Origin: Podarcis tiliguerta
Taxonomy: Eukaryota
Length of the DNA stretch: 64,000 nt
Assembly: GCA_965153285.1 (NCBI GenBank)
Contig: OZ229110.1
Strand: one strand, 5' to 3'
Position 1 is the stretch's first letter; each line of letters begins with the position of its first letter. The notes beneath the pieces are model-generated. The model worked only from the letters and a program-made list of their open reading frames with translations. It did not search any database and was not told the DNA's origin. Both the position numbers and the translations under genes were made by a program. Below, piece by piece: positions 1-11,175 of this stretch.

Positions 1-2033
1 CCCTCCTCCTCTTGTCTCCTACCAAACGCAAATAAATGAAATGATGCTCAGTTATTGTTGCACTTGAAAAAATGTGATACATCTTAAATCCTTGCAAAGT
101 CGATTCACCGTGTGTGAAGACTGGTTTACTTTGAGAAACAATGAAAGAAAGAAAAAGATATGGCACCAAATGCAACTAGGATGGAATTTGCCCTAAGTAG
201 AACAACAATGACAACTCTGCTGCTGGGTTTTCACTTAGTGGTGAAGATCACTAACGAAATGCCTTTTATTCTTCTTAACAAAATATGACCTGTCAGTGTC
301 GTATCATTACGGCCTGTAGAAAGGATGAAAAAATTGTTAGATGTAGTGCTTAATGCACCCTTGAGGCCATCACTGCACTGCCCCTACTGTGTGCTGTGTA
401 TCAATGGGCATTCACATAATCAAAACAGGCGATGTGCGTAATGAACAATTTTGTCTCATACACAACATGCACCGCAGAAGCGATCCTGGTTAGACAGAGA
501 CAAAAAAGAAAAAGGAAAATGCAGGAAAGGATAATTGCTACAAAGAAGGAGGGATTAAAAGGACAGGGTTACCTTTTCAGTTGAGAAACAGACAGCCATG
601 CAAAGCAGTAAATGCTGCTAATCTTAAATAAACCAAGCCAGCTTTATGGGTGAAGTGAGGGGGAAGAAAACGGAGTACTCCCAACTCCAGGCATCTTGTA
701 TTTGCCTCACTCTGGGAGGTTTGACAGCAGCTATCCTAACTTGTGTGGTACAAAATTAGTCCCCGTGTTAGAACAAGGCAGAAATAATTTTCACTTGTGT
801 ATGAGGCTAGGACTTGGCACTGCTCCCAGGCATGAATGTGAGGTTGGAAGGAAATGTTAGGCTCATGGTAGAACACTCAAAAGCAAGTGACCATGTCAAG
901 CCTATTCGTCAGCACAACTCCAGAAAGCTGGAATGGCTCCACATTCACAAACTGAGAGAGCATGACACACAGGTCACATCTAGAATCCAAGCCAATAAGG
1001 ACCCAGTAGTGAAAGGGCAGAGATCCATGCACGCATGTCCCCAACATGGAGGAAGTGATTGTTTGTACTTGCAGCTACTATTGGAGACACAGCAGGCAGA
1101 CTGAAAATCAGCCCTATAGAAGAGCTGCAGAGACAAGGTCAAACCTCCAACACACAGTGACCCTGAGAAGGTTGTCTTGGCCAGCATTATGTAGGGTTCC
1201 TCACCTGCAGAACAGGGGATTTAGATCAAGGATTAGGGATCTGTGGCCTTCCATGTGTTGCTTGACCACAACTCCCAGCATCCCTGGCCATTTGCCATGC
1301 TGTCTGGGGCTGAGGGGGGTCTGGGCCTGATGGTCAGGCATTTCCCTGTCCCTAAAGTGGTGAAAAAAAGTTAAGGCCCAATCAGTACAGATTTTGCCTC
1401 ACAATGTACCCTCAAACCTCTCCACTCAACACATCAGAAAAGAAGTCTGAAAGGGATGTTAGGATAAAAGAAGGATCTTTGTCTATGCCTCATACTTGCC
1501 TCCCAGTAATATGCCTGAAAACGCCATTTACGATTGCCTAACAATATAATATTTTTCAACACCAGGTGATTAAAGAGTCACCGGTTGACAACCACTGTCT
1601 GCAAAAGTTCATTAGCTATCTATAAGAGGGAGGTTTGTTAATTATGTGGGATGGGATTATATTTGGGGTTTCCTTGTCAGACTGGAAGCAGGTGTCTCAA
1701 AAATACAGCTGGAGGCAGCAAAGGGCACTTAGTGGGACTATGGGATGCCGAAAGGGCCTCCCTTTCCTGCACAGGAAGACAGAAATGCACTTAGCAAGTC
1801 AGTCACTTGTGCATAACCGCTCCATCGACGAGTTTAACAGCTTCTTTGGCAAAAGCAACTGCTGAGGCTAAGCATCTCATTCATACATGAGAGGAAAGCC
1901 GCAACTCAAAGACAGTAAAGCCTGGCAAAGCTTCAGTAATCTATTATGATCTGACATTATGTGCTCAGGAGCCCCATTTTCACATCTAGGTTAAAAAAAA
2001 TGGTAAAAGAAAGACCAGTTGGTTCCTGTAAGG

Positions 2034-2157
2034 CAGGATTTCCCAAACTGTTTCTGGACTACAGTTCCCATCATCCCTGACCACTGGGTCCTACTAGCTT
2101 GGAATGATGGAAGTTGTAGTCCCAAAACAGCTAGAGACCCAAGTTTGGGAAACCCTG
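2034..2157. mobile_element. Short palindromic hAT MITE (39794 family)
   Basis: TIR tttcccaaac / gtttgggaaa; partial TSD ctgtaagg / ctgtaaaa. Confidence 0.8.
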
Positions 2158-3831
2158 CTGTAAAAGGATCAATTGCATCACACAGCATAGTATGCAAAAA
2201 AAGGCACCCTGTTATTATATACTATTATTATATTACGTACTATTATTGTATACAGTATGTAAAGTCTCATGTTGAATCTCAGGCATCTCCCAGTTGGATG
2301 GGAAAGATTCCCACCCGAAACTTTGGAGAGCTGCTTCCAGTCAGTGTAGACCAGGCTTCCTCAACCTTGGCCCTCCAGATGTTTTTGGCCTACAACTCCC
2401 ATGATCCACTGCTGGCTGATCAGCTCTTGCTTACATGAAGAAGGCTGTCTTCCTTTCACCCTCCACTTTTCCCAATGTCACAAGCTCATGCACTAAGGTG
2501 GCACTAGAAAAGTATACCTTCTACCCCACACAAAAAATAAAACAAATAACAATCCATACTCCCAAACAGGGATTCCCTAGATGGCTCCCCACACTACCTA
2601 ATGGTACAGCTGGCCTTACTTGTGGGAAAGTGCTAGAATTGTACATGTATATTGTACATGTTTTTTTCTGATATTCTATTGATCTTGCAGGACATTGTGG
2701 CATCAAACTGCCTTGCACAGGATTAAGCAGAGCTACAGGTCAAGTTTTCAGACTAGCTAAGGCTCACTATGTTCTGACTGAAAAGTGTCCACAGCCTTCC
2801 AAGTCAAGATTACGTGGCCAAGTCAACAAGCCAAAGGAACATTTATACTATCTTGCAAAGAAATAGGGGAAGAGAAAGAAAAACATGACAATGAGCTGTT
2901 ACACCCATACAAAAGTGAAATTTGGGTGTAGCTAAATGTTAACAGACTTTGGCACAATTATGAGGTTGTTCCTGTTGATCCTGCACATCCCTAACAACAG
3001 AATTTATTACAAAACAATGAAGCAAGAAGAGGGACATTTTAAGAAGCGTATGGTTGCTATTTTTCAGTTAAAAGCCTGTGTAGAATTTATAAAACCCAAC
3101 ACAGGAAAGTCATTCAGAAGGCCTTACATGCACAGTTCTGAGTTTCATGTAGTTCAACAATATTGCAACTTAAGATATTTGAAATGAAAAGTCTCCCCTA
3201 GGGAGGTGGCAATTTTTAAGCAAAGAAAGAGAGGACACTTAGCCCTTCCCCTATATCTCAAACCTGGGAGGTAGGATGGAAAGAGAAAGCTGCTGAGTGC
3301 TACTTAAATAGAAAAACCACTCTCTTGTTCTCACCTATCTGGTAGAGATGTCAATAGGGGGAAGGGGGAAGCTCAACCTCCACCATAACTCTGATGCTCA
3401 GAATTTCCGCCTCCCGAGCCTCTTTTTCATTTTATTTAAAAAACAGGATCTTCTCAAACCCAGGGTTTACTGTTAGTCCAAACATGCATGACCCACAAGT
3501 TCCCCATCCCTGCCACTGAATATGAATACAGACTAGGATAATGACTTTTGCTTGATGCTTTTCTGCAACTGCAAAATAACTTTCCAAATTACTCCCCATC
3601 TTACCTTAGTGGACTATACTGGTACACTGTACCTATTTTGGCTCATTTTTCAGTTAATAATCTGCAGTGTGCATTCATAGTCTGAAATTAAAATCTGTTC
3701 AAGCTCTGAGCCTCAAGATGACCACTGGCAATACTGTCTGGAGCTGATGGAAGTTGGTGTCAGACAAAAGGCTTCCCACACCTATCCTATACTCCCAAAG
3801 TAGCAGGGACCAAGTCTCTTTATTGCATTCC

Positions 3832-4129
3832 TAAAGGTAAAGGTACTCCTGACCGTTAGGTCCAGTCGCAGACAACTCTGGGATTGCACGCTCATCTTGC
3901 TGTATAGGTTGAGGGAGCCGCCGTTTGTCCGCAGACAGCTTCTGGGTCATGTGGCCAGCATGACAAAGCTGCGTCTGGCAGCGCACGGAAACGCCATTTA
4001 CCTTCCCGCCAGAGTGGTATCTATTTATCTACTTGCGCTTGACATGCTTTTGAACTGCTAGGTGGGCAGGAGCTGGGACCAAACAATGGGTGCTCACCCC
4101 TGTGGTTTAGACCACAGCGCCACCCGCGT
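3832..4129 (-). mobile_element. Sauria SINE, internally deleted (B-box segment missing)
   Basis: Aligns with the other copies; (ACCTTT)n tail on the minus strand; tRNA-like head with A box tggcgctgtgg; about 50 bp missing between ctcacccc and tgtggttt. Confidence 0.9.
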
Positions 4130-5597
4130 GCTAGCACACATCTAACCTTAGAATCGAAAACCATATGGAACGGAAAGAAAGCGGAGCACTGCAAGCATTG
4201 TGTAAGCCACTTAAGCTGTTTTGTCTATCTTTTGCCTAGACCAGATGTGGGGAACTTTTGCCCTCTAGATGGTGTTGAACAACAACTGCCATCAGTCCCA
4301 GCAAGCATGGCCAATGATCAGGTTCTCCGAACCTTAACTAAGCAGCTGGGCTTTAAAAGCTGCAAAGCTGTATAGGTTGTATTCATGACTAACTCAAGTC
4401 CATTGATTTCAATGGGACTGCTTTGAGTGTGACTTATTACAACCCTACATAAATGTGAAGCAACTGCATTTTGATTCAACAGCTTTTACAGTGATGTTCT
4501 CTTTCTGGGAATACATCATAGTGATTTCCTGGTTTGCAGCATCTGTTTAAATAAGCATGAATATGAGCTTCCTGCCTAAGTTGATTTAGATCGAACTTTT
4601 GCATTTCCGCTGAGGTTTACTCTCCTGCTGCCCAAGTGCCACTATCTTGGCATTTATATTTAAAAGCAGCATGTCAGTACGATTGCATACAGAAATAAAT
4701 CCACTGTACTCAATGGTACCTACTACACCCAGCCAAATTAGATATAGGATTGCAAATTTCAGTGTCCATTCATGCAGTGAAAATAAGAATTTTAAGAAGA
4801 AAGTATTTACACCAAGTTTGTAAGAAAAATGTGGTATACAAGAGCATCATTCAGTGCGGATGTTTCTATGTTATGCAAAAAGAATGAACACAGGCCCAGT
4901 TGTACTTTTGACATAATCATTTGCTACTATGCATTTCTGAACCGTGTGTGCCTGTATTTATTTATTTTGGAAGTTGAAAGGATGGGCCCATCTGGTTGAC
5001 ACACAAAAAACCCCTGAAGAATGGAACACTCTAAATCTCTATAACTGGGTTAGCCAACCTGCTGCCTTCCAGATGTTGTAGAGCTTCCACTCCCAGTAAA
5101 GGCTAATGGGACTTGGAGTGGTAATAAGCACTGGACACATCTGGAAGGCACCAGGTTGATAAAAGCTTATTGATTGTCTTTCCTTAGCCCTTTCACATGG
5201 TTGAGTTTGGACCCCCCCCCAAAAAAAAGCCATTGCTCACATGCATTCAGGCAAATTGAAAACTGCAGACAACTTTGCGCACATTGAAAAACATGCAGTA
5301 GTTTGTCTGACTGCAATGATTAACAGCACAATCCCAACCTTGTCTACTCAGAAGAAAGTCCTATGGAATTCAGTGGCTCCTTGAATCCAGGTTAAGTGAG
5401 GTTAGGATTGTAGCCTAAGCCAGTAATGAAGAGCATGTGCAGGCTCAAAGAATGCACACCTCTTTTAAAACCAAGCACTCCACTTCCCCCATCTTGCCTC
5501 AGATGATTATTGCATTAGCATAGGAAAGCCTACAACATCTATTACCGGGTGCTATGGCTCTGAAACACAGGTATTGAGAAGTAGTAGTAGCAATAGT

Positions 5598-5737
5598 CAG
5601 GGCTTTTCTTTTTCCAGCTGGAACTCACCAGAACTCAGTTCCAGCATCTCTGAGGTGGGCACCATTGCCAATTTAAGAGAACAAGAGAGGCATTCGTTAT
5701 GAGTTCCAGCACCTCTTTTTCTAGAAAAATAGCACTG
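5598..5737. mobile_element. hAT-type MITE
   Basis: TIRs cagggctttt / aatagcactg; TSD gcaatagt / gtaatagt. Confidence 0.75.
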
Positions 5738-7355
5738 GTAATAGTTAATACAGACAGGGTACAAGACATCTAAAACATAGGAAAAGCAGCAGTCAATGCT
5801 GTCCCAACTTGGAGTAAGAAGCATGGAGATTTATAAAGCATGGGCATTTCAAGTCCCAGGAAGTTAAGAAAAGATTGGCAATGTATTGGCCAATCAGGTG
5901 ATTGTTGCCATCAGCTTCTGAGCAAACCTTTCACACTTTCCATATCACTCCAAAGGAATAAGGCAAGATCAATCAAGTTTTAAAATTGAGCCCCCTTATA
6001 GAATTGATGGAACTACTGGACAGCTACAATGCTGGCACACCACACAGATAATGAAATTTGTAATTTGAAGGGTATCTGAAACACATTTCCAAACTACTTG
6101 CTCCCTGCGACCCACTCGCCAATTAACCTTTCGCAGGGTTAAAAAAAAACCTGTCTCTATAACCATTCTGTGATTTGCTAATTTTTTTCTCTCCTGAAAC
6201 AAGGCAATGTTTAGAACCTGCACCACAGCAATACTGTTTGCTAATCACAACATTGGTGAATCTTCTTTAATTAGATTTGTTTACAACAAGTACCTACCAA
6301 CTCCGTCCTTTAGAGATATTCTGGGAGGCTTCCTGCCACAAGTGATTTACCTTCCTCAATGGCAAAGGTCACTCAAGGTACAGATTTAGCACTTCCATGG
6401 CCATCTGTTGATGCATTTGGAAAACAAAAGAGGAGACAGGAAGGGCTGGAGTCTGCTTAGTCCCTCAAAATATTTTATGGTTCAAATCATTTTTTTGTTT
6501 TGTTGCACTTTTGTTTTCATTATGCATCCCAAGAACAATAACCACAATTTTGGCCGTGGATATTCTTCAGTGCTTATGGACATTGGCAGCTTCTGATTCC
6601 AATGTGCGCGCTTTGATTAAAACTGTAGCAAAAACAGAAAGCGGCTGAATCGTGATGTCAAGCATAAGCATGCTCAGTGAGCACAGACAATTGGGCAGTG
6701 AGGGTATGGAAGAAGGTACAATATCTAGACTAAGACATCAGGCTAAACCATAAGTCTGAATTCAGCACTCTTTAGTTTAAGACCTCTGTGTGAAAATGCC
6801 CAATAAATTAAGCCAATGTGCAGTGTAGTTTAGTACTATCAGTGCCACATTTTGCTATGGCTCCTACGATGAGTTCCAGATTCTGCTTCTCAGTCCAAGT
6901 CATACTCTCGTAGGGTTGTGTGACTTAGGCTCATCCAGCCCAACAGCCACTTTTACCCATCCTCAGTTGTCTTTTTTTATCTGTTCTGCAGAATCAATGG
7001 TAAGTATTTACTGAAAGGTCACAGACTTCAGCTGTGAGGTTTTCTGTATCTCTTGGGTACAATTTATCAAGGAAATGACTGTGTGGTTAGTAAGCCCTTG
7101 CACTCATTGCACACCTGACAAGAGTAAAGCAGTCTCCCCAAAAAGACACAGCAGCCAATCCACCCTAAGAATATGAAACAGTAGTATGAATAAGTCACAC
7201 ACCTATCCCTATGCATAGCTTCAGATGCTTCTCTTCATGTCTGTAAATACAAAATAACTTTAAAGGTTGGAAGGCTAGTTTGGAGATTCTAGCAGGGGAG
7301 CACAGCTATTGTATACCCTTGACCGAAGAATGGTACACTCCTTCTATCTGGGATG

Positions 7356-7502
7356 NNNNNNNNNNNNNNNNNNNNNNNNNNNNNNNNNNNNNNNNNNNNN
7401 NNNNNNNNNNNNNNNNNNNNNNNNNNNNNNNNNNNNNNNNNNNNNNNNNNNNNNNNNNNNNNNNNNNNNNNNNNNNNNNNNNNNNNNNNNNNNNNNNNNN
7501 NN
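7356..7502. other. Assembly gap (147 N)
   Basis: Run of n characters. Confidence 1.
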
Positions 7503-8516
7503 ACATCCTTAGGGTTAGGGAAATACAAATGTCATGTGTGTACATTATAAACAAATGTCATGTATATTATAAGCAAACTACATAATAATACGTTTGGGAA
7601 GAGAGCAAACTAATAATTTTCTCCAACCATTTTGGGTTTTTTTTAAAGAGGATGATCTGAACATAGGTTCTCAAAAAGCAGTACCCCTAGCAGATTTTGC
7701 CAGTAACTCTTGAAGAAGTGGCATTCAATCCCCACACTAGAGCTGAAGGCACACCAACTGTCTGGATTCCTGTCTGGATCTCAAACCCTGCTTCATCTAC
7801 CCAACGGCAGGAGAGACAGTGCGGAAGGCAGGAACTTCTGGGCCACTACCAAAGTGCCTAGTAAGCAACACATGAAGCTACTCAGGAGGATGAGGGAAAA
7901 TATAAGAGCACCTGCCCAAATCAGGGGAGAGGAGAGGCATAGGAAGTTCCATTGGTCAAGCCATGGTTCTGGTGTGAATGGAAACAACTTTGAAATCAAC
8001 CTCAAGTCTGAGCTGCTTCACTGCTGAAGCATCCTCAGGGCAACGGACATTATGGCAAAGTTATTTCTGCAAAAGAAAATAAAAAATAGTTAACCAAAGC
8101 CATACCAGCCATTTGTTTTCCAGTCAATCATTATCTTTTCTGTGTGTTACTGAAGTCACACATCACTCAGTCAGCTCTAGTAGTTTCACCTGTGTTAGGA
8201 TGTTTCATAATTAAAAAATTCTACAAGGAAAAAAACCTCACCCAAAAAAAACAGAGGGGCAAGAATCGCTAGTTGTCATGGAAATGAGTTATTGTTTAGC
8301 CTTTTCCCCAACATTCTACTTTTTATATGAGGGATTTGTCCTCCATAGAAGCATTAAATCATGTGATCACCTACAGAGCAGCCCTGACAGAGGTTTACTG
8401 TATGAGGTAGAAGCAGGCCGAAGCCTCACTGCTAACATTCATCACTCTGTACTTAATATAAATAATATTCAATAAAATAAATAAATAAATAAAATTTTAT
8501 TATTATTCTACATAAC

Positions 8517-8680
8517 TTTTAGAAGACATCCAGAGGCAGCCTTGTATCAGGAATTTTTTTACGTTTTGACATTTTACTATGTTTTATACTTGTATATGCT
8601 CTAAGCCACCCAGAGTGGCTCGGGAAACCCAGCCAGATGGGTGGGGTATAAATAAAAAAAATATTATGATGATGATGATT
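8517..8680 (+). mobile_element. L2-clade LINE 3' end
   Basis: Same family as 31885-32310 and 51168-51316 (tttagaagacatc, ccagagtggct, ccagccagatggg) with a simple-repeat tail. Confidence 0.75.
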
Positions 8681-10744
8681 ATCATTCTTATCAAAAATTA
8701 TTATATACAAATATCACACACCCAAAAAAACCCCCACTAAAGCTTTGTTCTGTGGCTAAGGATTTGCAAAAACTAAGAACAATATATCTATTTTGACACT
8801 CAGGAGAGAGTATCTTGCCAAACTGCAGCAACGTATTGTGTACACAATAAAAGAGGAAAAGCAAATCTTTCAGAAGCTCCTTTTGGCTCCAAAACAAATG
8901 AATCATTGAAATATGCTTGCTTTCCTTAAAATCTCAACAAAGACTTTTCAGTCAGGAATTGTGCATACAGAAAGAAACTTGGGTCACCAACATCAGAACT
9001 GTAACCGATGCACGCTCTAATTCACAGAGCAGTGTCCAAGGGTGAAGAGTTCAGATTCAAGGAAGTATCTTCAATGCTGCTACATTCAGGAAGAATTCCA
9101 GGGCATGACTTGAGCTCAGACACATTTTTAAAAGGCAAATGAAAATCACATTTGGAAGAGCACTACAGCGCCCCGCCCCCATCATAAGAAGGGACTGTTA
9201 CAAAACTTAAGGGTGACACACGTAAAATCTAATACTGCACAGGTATTAAAGAATAAACACTTTAAGGCTACATAAAGTAGTGGTTAGCAACTGATCATTC
9301 TTGGGGGAAATCTGGCCAGCAGACTCCTAGTCAGCTGATCTACTAGCCAAAGGAGCCAGGTAAAATGTAAGCAGAGACCAGGTAAACTTTAACTAGCCAA
9401 TTTCTATAGTTGTTTACCAGAAGCATAAGACGGTCTATCAGTATAATTGATAGAACATCAGAAATGGGATTTAGATTAAGATTACCATATTTTTTTTCAA
9501 TGAATCCAGAGACACTTTTCAACTTCATTGGATTTTGTATGGGGACTGATTTGTAAATCCGGGGACTGTCCCCAGGAAACGGGGACGTCTGGTAACCTTA
9601 ATTTAGATGTCTTGTTCATGATCAATCATTCAAATCCTTTTGGTGGTGTCCCACCACTAAATGAAGTCCAGTTGGGACTTCAAAAATATGATACCAGAGG
9701 TTTTTTTCTCTGCTAGAACCCTAGCTGTGGAATTTTCCACCAAAGTATAGGCGAGAGCAGCCCCATCTCCAACTGTGTTTAAGCAAACAGCAACAACAAC
9801 AAAAAAGCATTTTTTTATTCCATGTGGTTTTTAATCTGTGATTAAGACAATAACTCTGCTCCTTTTGATTTTAAGGATTTTTTAAATTTTATTTTATTTG
9901 TTAATTGATGCTTATTTTGGTTGGTTCTGCTCTTTTATGCAAACTGCCTTGGGGGCCCTTGTTAGGACCAAAAAAAAATTTGAATAAAAATATACTGTTA
10001 TGTTAAAAAACAAAGCTACTTCTTATCGCATCAACAATATTAACCAAACAACAACAGCAGACCTAGGCAACATATTATTGTTATTATTTATTTATTAAAT
10101 TACTATACCACCATTTCCTAACCCAGGTTTAAAGTGGCATGCAATTAAGGTCACTCTGAGCCACTCTGGACACAGTTTACTGTGGGAAATCAGCATATAA
10201 GTAATAAATTAAGCTTAACCTGTGTTACCTGTGGTCCACTCCGATCTTTTTTTTTTTTTGATCATGTTAATTTAAGCAAGAATTAACACGGCTCACTCTT
10301 AGCCAACTTCTCCGGCCCTCCCTCTTTTTTCCTTTTAAAAAAGCTTTCCTCAAGCCAGGAATGCAGCATGATAATGTCTTGCTAATTTGCAATGTGAGAG
10401 TAAGTATGCTCTGCCAACAGATGCGGCAAATAATTGTGGAGCAACAAAGAAAAGCCAATAAAATGCATGCATATATTAAGATGTGCAGCTTTTAAAAATC
10501 AATTACTCGGTGATAGCAGGAGCAGCTTGCCTCCACTATTGCTTACTGGGAAGGGCAAGACGGCAGCAAGGTCAGGTAGAGCAAGCTCCAGCCTTGCTGC
10601 CACTGCCTTCCCCTTTCCGGTAAGCGGCAGTGATGGAGGAGGCTCCCAGGAAGCTATTGCTGCGGCTCTGCCCCACCAGGCAAGCCACTCCTGAACTGCA
10701 TAAAGCACGATTGAATATAGCGCGAGAGTGTCGCGTAGTGTAGC

Positions 10745-10983
10745 GGCCTTTTTTCAGCCATGGGTCAGTCCACCGTCCCTCAGACCATGTGGTGGGCTGG
10801 ACTATATTTTGAAAAAAGAAGAACGAATTCCTATGACCCAAAAATACCCCAGAGATGCATTTTAAATAAAAGCACACATTCTACTCATGTAAAAACACAC
10901 AGATTCCTGGACTGTCTGCGGTCCGGATTTAGAAGGCAATTGGGCCGCATATGGCCCCCCGGGCCTTAGGTTGCCTACCCCTG
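10745..10983 (+). mobile_element. hAT MITE of the 59621 family, left TIR missing
   Basis: Co-linear with 59621-59870; ends ggttgcctacccctg. Confidence 0.85.
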
Positions 10984-11009
10984 GGTAAGACTGTCATACT
11001 AGGACATGG

Positions 11010-11175
11010 ACGACCACTCAGCCATGAACCTCACTGGGTGACCTCGGGCCAGTCAATGCCTCTCAGCCTAACCTACCTCGCAGGGTTGTTGTGGAGATTA
11101 AATGAGGAGGAGGAGAACCCATGTATGCATGCTACCTTGAGCTCCTTGGAGAAAAAAGGTGGGTTATTAATGTAG
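11010..11175 (+). mobile_element. MIR/CORE-like SINE remnant
   Basis: gggtgacctcgggccagtca, ctctcagcct and gggttgttgtggagattaaatgag are typical CORE/MIR-type segments. Confidence 0.6.

Noticed and set aside
7280-7585. ORFs spanning the N run
   Set aside because: Artefacts of the assembly gap.
10224-10266. Minus-strand ATG and donor (MIKKKKRSEWTT then CAG|GTAAC)
   Set aside because: Phase 1, incompatible with exon 2; depends on a poly-T tract; weak donor.
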